Shown: positions 14,596-25,356 of the stretch, piece by piece
How positions within the stretch are numbered: the first letter of the stretch is position 1
Layout: each line of letters begins with the position of its first letter
NCBI GenBank assembly: GCA_964016885.1
Contig: OZ024741.1
Location: 94,240,001-94,304,000, forward strand
Origin: Eledone cirrhosa
Lineage: Eukaryota
Length of the DNA stretch: 64,000 nt
Reading direction: 5' to 3'
Program-made: the position numbers and the translations under genes
Notes under the pieces: model-generated
Seen by the model: only the letters and a program-made list of their open reading frames with translations
The model's database searches: none
Told to the model about the DNA's origin: nothing

Positions 14596-15193
14596 AATAT
14601 TTACAAGGAGGAGGCTAGCTCACTGTGTAGGATGTGTGGAGAGAGAGAGGAGACTGTGGCTCACATTGAATCCGACTGTAGACACCTAGCCCAGACTCAT
14701 TATAAAGGCTGGAGATATGATGTGATAGGCAGGGTGATCCACTGGCATCTATGCAAAGTAAACAACTTACCACATTCTGAGAAGTGGTATGAGCATAAGC
14801 CAGAGTCGGTGATAGAAAACGATCAGGTGAAGATGATATGGGATTTTAGGATACAGACGGACAAGAAATTAAAACACAATAGGCCTGACCTGGTGGTTTT
14901 GGACAAGAAAAAAATATCGTGCCTGATTGTAGATGTAGCCTGCTCATTTGACACGAGAGTGCAAGAAAAGAAGAGGGAGGAAATTAACCGATACCAGGAC
15001 TTAAGGTGGGAGGTAAAAAGGATTTGGAACTGCCATGAAGTCATGGTCGTCCCGATTGTCATAGGCGCACTAGGTATTATCTCAAAAAGTTTCCAAAGAT
15101 GGTTAAAGAAGATTAGACCAGCCCCGTTTTTTGGAACACTTGAAAAGGCATGCTTGCTGGGAACAGCAAGAACCCTCCGATACGACCCTGAAT
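14596..15193 (+). mobile_element. R4/Dong family A, 5'-truncated, more diverged copy; 3' UTR lost after a SINE insertion
   Basis: CRMCGEREETVAH...RPDLVV...ARTLRY. Confidence 0.88.
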
Positions 15194-15194
15194 A

Positions 15195-15475
15195 GTCTAA
15201 AGTCTGTCTTAAGCCAGAAGGGTCATTTGGCCGGTGCTTATCCCGGTTTCATGGCGTGAAGCGACTGAGAGTACAAGACTCCCTCCTGGACAGGATGCCA
15301 GTCCATCGCAGGGTTAAACCTCCAGCTATTGCTGGTACTCATTTCCAGCTGAGTATACTGGAGCAACGTGAATGAAGTGTTTTGCTCAAGAACACAACAC
15401 TCAACCCAGGAATCGAGCCCACGACATTATGATCGTAAGTCCAACACCCTTACCACTAGGCCACGTGCCTCCACC
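15195..15475 (-). mobile_element. Composite tRNA SINE (CORE-like plus V-domain-like plus L2-like tail)
   Basis: Minus strand: TGGCCTAGTGG A-box, GGCTCGATTCC B-box, GTGTTCTTGAGCAAAACACTT, CCCTGCGATGGACTGGCATCCTGTCCAGG, GAAACCGGG...GACTTT. Confidence 0.75.
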
Positions 15476-15481
15476 GTCCTG

Positions 15482-15522
<41 letters not shown>

Positions 15523-15525
<3 letters not shown>

Positions 15526-15944
15526 CCGAACATTTATTATAATGCTCGGTTTGTTTGTTTGTAAACAAACAAACAGCCCGAATTACGCCGTACAGTGTTT
15601 AGGCAACCACATCACCTTTTTGTTCAACACTGACACAGGAACGATGTACTAGTTTCAAGCTTATTAGCTATCGTCGGCATCGTATACCTTCCTGCCAGAT
15701 GGTTGAACGTCTGAAAGTATATACTTTCCTTATGCATATTAACGGCTGAGCAGCCTAATTTGCATATCGAGTGAGTTCAGTCGGCCGGGCGCACCGAAAA
15801 CGATAAATGGAATAGAATGAAACGAAATTTCATTTCTCACTCTTAGTACGGCATTTACTTAAATGTAAGTATGTATGTATGTATACGTACATACATATAT
15901 GTTTACAAACAAACACACCGAGCATTATAATAAATGTTCGGTAA
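15523..15944. mobile_element. MITE-like element with TIRs of about 45 bp
   Basis: TTACCGAACATTTATTATAATGCTCGGT... at the left end and its reverse complement at the right end. Confidence 0.7.
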
Positions 15945-16074
15945 ACCGATACGTGCATATATATATGTATGCATGTATGTATATATATACATATTACTGT
16001 ACGTCTGTATACATATATGTATGTACGTATACATATATATATATACAGTAACATGTATCCCAGTACAACCTGTC

Positions 16075-17545
16075 TCATGGTCGGGTCGTTGGCGACTAAA
16101 CTAGCAACCCCACCAAGGTTTCTTGGTGAGGAGGGTGACTTTGGACATCCTGCAGGACTAAAAACAAAACCTGTCAAAGGGCAAAGGAGCTCTTAAGAGT
16201 CAATGGCCATCCAAAATCACCGGGAGAGATGACTCCTTAGCCTTTGTCAAGGCAGAATTCTACGTGAAGGAAAACTCTGATATAACACCTGCAACCCTGA
16301 TGGTATCCAATGATGTTGACTTGTTATTCTTTTTGGTAAATATCATCTTGGTTAAGAGAGTGGGACTGGCTTTGTGCAGTGCCTTTGCTCACTATAAAAG
16401 CTTCACGGCACAGGCATTGCTTTATATCTGGAGATCTCTCTGCACTTGTCGTCACATGGTGCCATGGGCCCAGCACTATGTGTCAAAATTGTCACAGGTG
16501 TAGTGTTTGTACCAGAGTTTTCAAGTCGCTGGCTGGACTAAAAAGTCACACTTGTTTAGCGTATCGGTAGGGGTTCTCCTACATGGATGTAAAGTAGTGG
16601 CCGTACTCGAAAACGAGTTGGCAGCCACCATGTATATATATATGTGTGTGTGTATGTATGTATGTATGTATGTATCCGGGAGAGATGACCCCTTAGTCTT
16701 TGTCAAGGCAGAATTCTAGGAGAAGGAAAGCTCTGATATAACACCTGCAACCCTGATGGTATCCAATGATGTTGACTTGTTCTTTTTGGTAAATATCATC
16801 TTGGTTAAGAGAGTGGGACTGGCTTTGTGCAGTGCCTTTGCTCACTATAAAAGCTTCACGGCACAGGCATTGCTTTATATCTGGAGATCTCTCTGCACTT
16901 GTCGTCACATGGTGCCATGGGCCCAGCACTATGTGTCAAAATTGTCACAGGTGTAGTGTTTGTACCAGAGTTTTCAAGTCGCTGGCTGGACTAAAAAGTC
17001 ACACTTGTTTAGCGTATCGGTAGGGGTTCTCCTACATGGATGTAAAGTAGTGGCCGTACTCGAAAACGAGTTGGCAGCCACCATGTATATATATATGTGT
17101 GTATGTATGTATGTATGTATGTATGTATGTATGTATCCGGGAGAGATGACCCCTTAGCCTTTGTCAAGGCAGAATTCTAGGAGAAGGAAAGCTCTGATAT
17201 AACACCTGCAACCCTGATGGTATCCAATGATGTTGACTTGTTCTTTTTGGTAAATATCATCTTGGTTAAGAGAGTGGGACTGGCTTTGTGCAGTGCCTTT
17301 GCTCACTATAAAAGCTTCACGGCACAGGCATTGCTTTATATCTGGAGATCTCTCTGCACTTGTCGTCACATGGTGCCATGGACCCAGCACTATGTATCAA
17401 AATTGTCACAGGTGTAGTGTTTGTACCAGAGTTTTCAAGTCGCTGGCTGGACTAAAAAGTCACACTTGTTTAGCGTATCGGTAGGGGTTCTCCTTCATCG
17501 ATATAAAGTGGTGGCTGTATTCGTAAACGAGTTGGCAGCCACCAT
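16075..17545 (+). mobile_element. RTE-derived non-autonomous element with a tandem triplication of about 460 bp
   Basis: Units begin CCGGGAGAGATGAC at 16220, 16676 and 17137; each has a [17 protein letters not shown] remnant; (TATG)n spacers separate the units. Confidence 0.8.
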
Positions 17546-17548
17546 ATA

Positions 17549-17673
<125 letters not shown>

Positions 17674-17712
17674 ATCGGCTGGCTTGGCCGGAAACTAGAA
17701 TTAAGGTGTTCT

Positions 17713-17997
17713 CTCTAGCATAGCTGTATACTTATGAGTATTGTGTATATCTAGTGGTATACGCTATGTTTACGAATAATCATTTTGAAAGCCTTCAGCT
17801 ATGGATTTGGAACTTGATGACGTAGAGCCATCTAGCGGATTCCAACAGAAGCAATTGCTGGAATCTGCTAGATGGCGCTACGTAATCAGTTTCCAAAATC
17901 ATAGCTGAATAGCTTTGAAAATGTTTATTTATAAGCATACCGTATATCGCTAGATATACAAAATACTCATACCTATATTTATACAGCTATGTTAGAG
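17713..17997. repeat. Imperfect palindrome of about 285 bp (fold-back/MITE-like)
   Basis: Arms pair from CTCTAGCATAGCTGTATA to TATACAGCTATGTTAGAG; apex near 17845-17857. Confidence 0.85.
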
Positions 17998-18002
17998 CTA
18001 TT

Positions 18003-18086
<84 letters not shown>

Positions 18087-18092
18087 ATATAT

Positions 18093-18294
18093 GAAAAAGT
18101 ATGACTCCGACGGCAGAGCTCAAGCCGTTTCGACGGCTATTTCTGGACTGAATAGCGTCCAAAAATAGTCGTCGAAACGGCTTGAGCTCTGCCGTCGGGG
18201 TCATACTTTTTTCCTATTTCCCACTCTACTACCCTAAGTATTGAGTACTCTGGTGCGTTATGGTCCATCTGGTTCCTTACCACAATTCCTTTGT
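18093..18294 (+). mobile_element. PLE-end fold-back mini-element, family 1 (hammerhead 3' half plus tail)
   Basis: Hairpin 18093-18213, then an unpaired tail; GAAA-CGGC...GCCG-TC-GGGGTC; flanked by (TA)n. Confidence 0.75.
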
Positions 18295-18317
18295 TATATA
18301 TATATATATATATATAC

Positions 18318-18395
<78 letters not shown>

Positions 18396-18454
18396 GCACA
18401 TATATATATATATATATGTGCGTGTGTATGTGTGTGTTTGTGTGTGTGTGTGGG

Positions 18455-18601
18455 GGGGACATGGTAAGATACCAGGTGGACCATACGCACCAGAGTACTC
18501 AATACTTAGGGTAGTAGAGTGGGTAATATGAAAAGACTCAGGACCCCGACGGCTGAGTTCCGGCCGTTTCGAATCGGCCGAAGCTCAGCCGTCGTTTTCC
18601 T
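18455..18601 (-). mobile_element. Second family-1 fold-back mini-element, inverted relative to 18093-18294
   Basis: Reverse complement of the same tail; short hairpin CGACGGCTGAG...CTCAGCCGTCG. Confidence 0.72.
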
Positions 18602-18679
<78 letters not shown>

Positions 18680-18757
18680 TCAAGGAAACACGAAACGAAC
18701 GAACAAGAGGATGCAATAACATAAAATATATTAGTTTCACGCTTAGAGAAAGAGTTA

Positions 18758-18832
<75 letters not shown>

Positions 18833-19279
18833 GCTACATATTCTTATATGTTAAGTCTGGTGTCTATCTATTTTATAATCGTAATATTTTTTGTTTTGGT
18901 CGAAAGACAACCGTCTCACATGCTTCTTATCAATATTGCAACACCCAAATCTATTGCGCAAACTTGCATTACAAGTGTAATACCACCTTAATACTTAAAG
19001 TTGCACAGCAGCAAGGTCGTTGAAGAAGAAAAGATGCAGATTGTCTTATGTAACTGTTTAATTGTTTTTTGTGTGTATTTTATGAAGAAAGACCCAATAA
19101 TATATATATGTATATATGTATTTGTTTCATCTGTGAAATATGGAAAAACGGAAAGAAAAAACAGTACTCTTTAAGTTCTACACTGATTCAGCTGCTCCCA
19201 TCGTCAGAAATGCAATGAAACCTGTTACCAACGACTTTATTATTCACTAGTTGCTATATAAAATAAAGAAAATGGAATG

Positions 19280-19347
<68 letters not shown>

Positions 19348-19696
19348 TCTCTCTCTCTCTCGCTCTCTTTCTGTGTGGTTGTGTATGCACGCGTTCGAGC
19401 GTGCAAAATTATCTTTAGAATTCAAGGTGGATATGTCATTATACTTCATAAATGGAATCACGTGTGTCAAAATGTTACAGATATTAACTGTCACAAATAT
19501 GCGGATGACGTAACAATTAAAGCAGCCAATACAGATCATGCTTCGTTCAGGGACACTATACAGGATTTGTTGTGGACTAAATATAATATAGAATTAGTAA
19601 TAGGTGACTAGAATTAAAAAAATCTACAAATCAAAAACAAATAACCCCTTTTTAAGCAATTTCTATTTATTGCATGACTTGATATGAACTGTTAGA

Positions 19697-19985
19697 AGGT
19701 CGGGTTGTCGGTGACTAAACCGGAATCCTACTAAGCTCGCTCGTTGAGGAGGGTGACTATTGGACACCTCGCGGAATGAAAAGCGAAACCTGCCAAAGGT
19801 CGGGGGAACTCGGGCGAGTCAATAGTCATCCAATAGTGCGCAAAAAAAAAAACGGGTAGACAGAGTTAGAGAACTAGTTAACTTTGGTTAGCAGTCTGTC
19901 TAGGAGAAAGATCATCTGATCTCAAAACCAGGATAGATGCGACTCCTTAGACACGTTTGTAATGACTTTTTAAGTAGCCAACAGC
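19697..19985 (+). mobile_element. 5' portion of a diverged relative of the RTE-derived element
   Basis: GGGTTGTCGGTGACTAAACCGG...GAGGAGGGTGACTATTGGACACC...AAACCTGCCAAAGG aligns with 16083-16200. Confidence 0.65.
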
Positions 19986-20773
19986 TTCAATTTGTGGTTA
20001 AGGTGGATAAGTTGCGACTCGATAGCCAGGTTCGGGTTCATTCCTCCTTGAGAAAATATACCTGCGATATAACAACGTCCTAGTTTCAGATAAATCTGTT
20101 TCCCATTTATTTATGAATAAACACCAGTTCCATGAATCTTTACAATTTGAAAAACGAATTAGTAATTATATATCTGTCAGTTACTCTCATTGAGATTCTT
20201 GAAACTGCTTGAAAAGTAACCTGAATCCTTAACTAGAGAACATAAACAGTCTTACAAAAGATTCTGAAATGTTTAAATACTCGTGTGGCTACGTAATGGG
20301 ACCTGCAAATAACCGATTCAATAGTCTACCAGTGGTTGCAGCATTGTGATTTGTCAATGGCCAAACCACAATTCTAACATTCTAACAACTCAATCAATAT
20401 AAGTGAAATTAGACATTATCTGCTTTAAATAGTAGGAATGTTATCAAATGAATGAGTACTTCGTGTGACTACCTTAGTGAGTTCAATTTTCCCCAATTAT
20501 ATTATGCGATCGTTTTCAGGTTTGAACAATGGGCTGGCAACTATAAAAGTAAATAGGTTCATCCCAGGTGAGCTTCAATGCATTTGGTAAATGTTCTATG
20601 ATGATGGTGATGATAAGAAAGTCTACCCATCATATAATCTTGTTATAAATAGCAGCCGGATAAGTTCCAAGCTTTATATCAACTTAATCAACCAACATAT
20701 AATTACGGCCCAAGTTATTGAATACTACGAAAGTAGACAACTAAGTAATCCAGAATCTTTAAATTTTTATCTA

Positions 20774-20802
<29 letters not shown>

Positions 20803-20804
<2 letters not shown>

Positions 20805-21212
20805 GGATTGGCAGTATCGGTAGAGGGTCGGACGCCGTGCTTTACAGCATAGAGTTAGGGCTCTTTATGATCTGAGCTCAAATCCCGCCGAGGTTAACTT
20901 TGCCTTTCATCCTTATGGGGTCGATAAAATAAAGTACCAGTCATGCACTGGGGTCGATTTAATCGACTTTCATCTCATTCCAAATTGCTGGCCTTGTGCC
21001 TATATAAGAAACTATTATTAGCAGTGGATTGACAATACCTGTAGAGCGTCGGACGCCATGCTTTGCAGCTTAGACCTTTATGGTCTGAGGTCAAAACCTG
21101 CCGAGGTTAACTTTGCCTTTCATCCTTACGGGGTCGATAAAATAAAGTACCAGTAATGTACTGACTGGTATGATTGCTGGCCTTGTTCCAAAACTAGAAA
21201 CAATTATTATTA
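20803..21212 (+). mobile_element. Two tandem Nin/Deu SINE copies
   Basis: Heads at about 20803 and 21024; both have the GCCTTTCATCCTTA.GGGGTCGATAAAAT core. Confidence 0.88.
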
Positions 21213-21847
21213 GCATGATTTGAGATTTATATGGCCAAATAAAAAATTATTAGCATTCCAGGATGGGTCTTTTTCCCCCAAAAAGCCTTTGTGTATAGCA
21301 TAATATAATTTGATGTATTTTACAATTAAAGGTCGTGAACATTTATGTGAACATTTCTTTTGTTGTAACTGAACAAATATTTCCATTGCTCTTTCGTCCC
21401 TCTCAAGAAAAGATCATTTTTGAACTACGACCACCAGTACATAGCTTCGATAAAAAGGCTGTAGTAATATACGAACAAAACTAGCATATTCTAATACTTT
21501 TCAATTTATCTTATGGTGAAGTCACGTCAATTTCAATGTGTTAGTGTTCCAGTTATTCGATCAAGTGAAACTTTCCCCGGCGCTGTGTTATAATTCAAAT
21601 AGTTGATATTTTATAGATGTGTTTACAAATTACATATCTTCACAAAGGCTATGTTTGAGAAGTCTAACCTAGCGTAGATCCTAGCTATGGCTGAAGACAC
21701 GACTCAGTTTCAACAGTGAAGCGTTTTAGACGTGGAATCGTATGCTGAATTGAATTAAAATTTATCTACCAAACTTTTCTGTGGCACAGTTCTCACGTTT
21801 GAGTTCTCAGGAGTTTCAAAACTTTAATCAATTCGAATTGAAGCCAT

Positions 21848-22180
21848 TCTTCTTCTTCTTCTTCTTCTTCTTCTTCTTCTTCTTCTTCTTCTTCTTCTTC
21901 TTCTTCTTCTTCTTCTTCTTCTTCTTCTTCTTCTTCTTCTTCCTAGGAAGTTCATGGGGGCAGAGTCCTCATACATGCCTTCAAGCGGGTACTATCAGAA
22001 GTAAGCGTCTCTAAATGATCCGGCTAGCTCTCCAAGCGAGACCAATCAATCTCATTAATGTTATTTAACCATTTCGTTCCTGGTCTATTTATGGCTTTTC
22101 TGCCGATCGACTTTGCCCATAAAACCTATTCACCAATTCTTTCCTTAGACATTTTAACTACATGTCTGTAGTATCGGGGC
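21848..22180 (-). mobile_element. RTE LINE 3' fragment with a (GAA)n tail
   Basis: Reverse complement aligns by eye with 46680-46915; the tail is the (TTC)n tract 21848-21942. Confidence 0.75.
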
Positions 22181-22639
22181 CCATTTCGGCCGTTTGAATT
22201 CTCCACCGTATTTTTTCAATATTCTATCTACTCATACGTAAAAACAGTGAATTTAGCTTTTACACATACCTCCATTTTTCTGGTGACCGAGTGCTGAAGA
22301 TGGTGCATTACTGCACCAATTCCAACAATACTTGCTTCCTGCCTTTCTACCACATAAAATCGAATTGCATCTTATACCCTCGATTGAGGCAACCACAACA
22401 ACAATGTATGTATGGTCCCGTAACTCCTGATAGAGTCGTAGGGGCACCGTAATGACATACAGCGTTTCTTGGGCATCCCTCTCCAGGCTTGACACAGCAG
22501 ATTTCTTCCAGATAAAGATACAAAGTGAGATAATGGAAATGAGAAAGAGATATAGAGGCAGAATTGACTTTAGAACTCTTCCAAACCAGGCGATTTCCCC
22601 TTCGTGCGGTTAGTCATTGCATCTTGTATTTCGGCAGCT

Positions 22640-23360
22640 GGTATGGGCCTTTCAAAGCACTTCACCTTCATTGTCGAAAGCCGCTGTAGGCCGCCGATGT
22701 AGTGACTGAACTCTATCTAATGATGCGGCCTGTCACTGCTTCCAAAAGGTTGAGCGAAGTGCTGCTGAAAGGACGCACACACCTGCTTGGGACTGAGTAA
22801 CATGCGCTCGTTGCAGGGCGCCAAAGACCGGATTGTAGCTTTGTTGCCACGCTGCGTCCCTGCCACACATGCCTATTGAGCGGCTTTCACCTCTTCATGT
22901 CTAAGAGCACGCATCTTAGCTCTGAAAACGCAAACTTCTTGCTTAGCGTTGAAGAATTGGTCGTAAGCACGCACGTCAGTTGCGATGCCTTTACTAAGCT
23001 CCTCGTCTAACTTTTTAACTTGTTTTCCCCTTCTCTAGTTTTCTCTATCGCTGCAGCCTTGTTGAACTTAATGGGTTCTGTTCGAATCGCCATTTTCAGG
23101 ACGAACCACCATTTGTTGTTGACAACTGCCTCCGTCAACGCCCGCTTAACTAATTCACGGCGCGTTCATTATCTAGTAGCCGGGTCCCTGTCTATGAAGC
23201 CTATCTAGATCGACCACACCGATTACAAATTTGGGGTCTATGTAGTCGACTACCTTGAATTTATCCTGTTAGCAACACCCTCATATTTCCTGTGTGCATC
23301 CAAGATGCTGTTCCAATCACCCACCCAGGAGAGTCTCTAGACGTCTATCGGGGCTTAAAC
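22640..23360 (-). mobile_element. Decayed Tx1 ORF2 fragment (APE-RT linker)
   Basis: Minus translation YDQFFNAKQEVCVFRAKMRAL...GNKATIRSL matches LDQFFDAKHEGCVVRSKIRAL...GNKSTIRSL of the Tx1 at 27525-27863. Confidence 0.8.
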
Positions 23361-23384
23361 TGCCATTGAAAATAGCAGCAGCAT

Positions 23385-23385
<1 letters not shown>

Positions 23386-23477
<92 letters not shown>

Positions 23478-23515
23478 TAGTAGAAGTAGTAGTAATGGTG
23501 GTGGTGGTGGTGGTG

Positions 23516-23578
<63 letters not shown>

Positions 23579-23600
23579 TGAGAATGAGAATGAGAATGAA
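23386..23600. repeat. Compound (TAG)n(CAG)n(TGG)n microsatellite
   Basis: Direct reading. Confidence 0.97.
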
Positions 23601-24233
23601 GGGGAAGAAGAAGAGGTAAACAAACAAAGCACTTAAATTGTGATTAATCCATAGTACATATTAAGGAAGATGTTGGTTTTCGAATATACGTATGAGTAAA
23701 GGATGTGAATACATCGTTAAAAATATCATAGGCTTTTGTTGTTTTCAGTTTGAAGGTTTTCCTCTGTTTTATAAAGAATATAAGAACGGATTTCCTGCAC
23801 CTAAATAGAAAACCAAGCCCCAGTCTTTGTGTAGACCTAGTTACGAATATATAGGAACTACGATAAAAAGTGAAAAGTATTCGAGTTAAAATTTAAAGAT
23901 TACTCATGGGAATGAATAAAGAGATCTGGTATTGACGTGTTTATTTGAGATGCGATATTTCCAAGTATAATGTTGACGTTCAATGTGATTAAGAACTTAA
24001 TTTAGTGGACCGCAGTAATGATTGCGTGTAGACAATAATTAGCGTGTGTAAGCGCATAATTAGTATCACAATGTATGTGATTGGTTAATAGCGACACCAG
24101 GAATGTTATTAGTGTGAAGGTAGACGACACCAACACAAACATACCCACCTTTATATGAACAGTTAAGAATCGTGAGATAATTCATTGTGTACACACACCT
24201 ATATATATATATATATTTATATATATATACAAT

Positions 24234-24640
24234 ATATACAATATATTAACAAATGGAAACTATATTTATAAAACCATATTTATTTCATTATACATATTTA
24301 AAGGGCCACCAAGGCAAACTATGGTGCGCTTTCATCAGATAAAATATAATATAGGTGAGTTTTATAAATAAATATTGACATACCCTGAAAAAATGCAACC
24401 ATTCTGGGTATGTCAATATTTATTTATAAAACTAACCTATATTATATTTTATCTGATGAATGCGTACCTTAGTTTGCCTTGGTGGCCCTTGAAATATGTA
24501 TAATGAAATAAATATGGTTTTATAAATATAGTTTCCATTTGTTAATATATTGTATATTTACTCCAATAATTTGTTGAGTGCTTTATATCAGTTATAAAAA
24601 TATTTTGCTTGTTGTATCCCAACAAACTAAATATAACCTC

Positions 24641-24644
<4 letters not shown>
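24234..24644 (+). mobile_element. PLE-end fold-back element with a hammerhead in each arm
   Basis: Inverted arms 24234-24385 and 24405-24557, then a tail; the minus-strand copy at 24281-24346 has GAAA changed to TAAA. Confidence 0.8.
24445..24510 (+). ncRNA. Type I hammerhead ribozyme (imperfect helix II)
   Basis: TATTTTAT-CTGATGA-...-GAAA-TATGTA-TA-ATGAAATA. Confidence 0.75.
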
Positions 24645-24684
<40 letters not shown>

Positions 24685-24754
24685 CTTAAAAAACGGAGTT
24701 AAAAACTCACGTTAATTCCTTATAATTTAACTCTGCGTATTTCTCTCTATATAC

Positions 24755-24849
<95 letters not shown>

Positions 24850-24854
24850 CAGTA

Positions 24855-24888
<34 letters not shown>

Positions 24889-24892
<4 letters not shown>

Positions 24893-24942
24893 CAATCTCA
24901 ATCTTTGATGCCCTGGTGGCAAATAAACAGAAAGTTATCAAC
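24889..24942 (+). mobile_element. Tx1 3'-terminal stub of about 54 bp, followed by (CT)n
   Basis: Matches the reverse complement of 25115-25162 apart from a CAATCT duplication. Confidence 0.85.
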
Positions 24943-25116
<174 letters not shown>

Positions 25117-25356
25117 TGATAACTTTCTGTTTATTTGCCACCAGGGCATCAAAGATTGGGACAAATACAAGGGGGGAGTTTACATACATTTCAAAGGACG
25201 TGTAAAAACATATAACAAATCAACAATCGAAGTCCTCAATAGGGAGGGGGCTTTGATGCGAGTCGCACACACCCCCGAAAAAAATGTGCAACCCTCCTCC
25301 TCAGGAGCACAAAGAGCGGGTGCTCCCTTCCTCTCCTCCTTCTTCTCCTCTCTCAC

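Noticed and set aside
16220-17545. CRISPR-like array or C2H2 zinc-finger gene cluster
   Set aside because: Long near-identical units without unique spacers; the finger is an RTE C-terminal remnant.
20803-20892. tRNA genes at SINE heads
   Set aside because: A/B boxes run on into the SINE core and tail; no clean cloverleaf.
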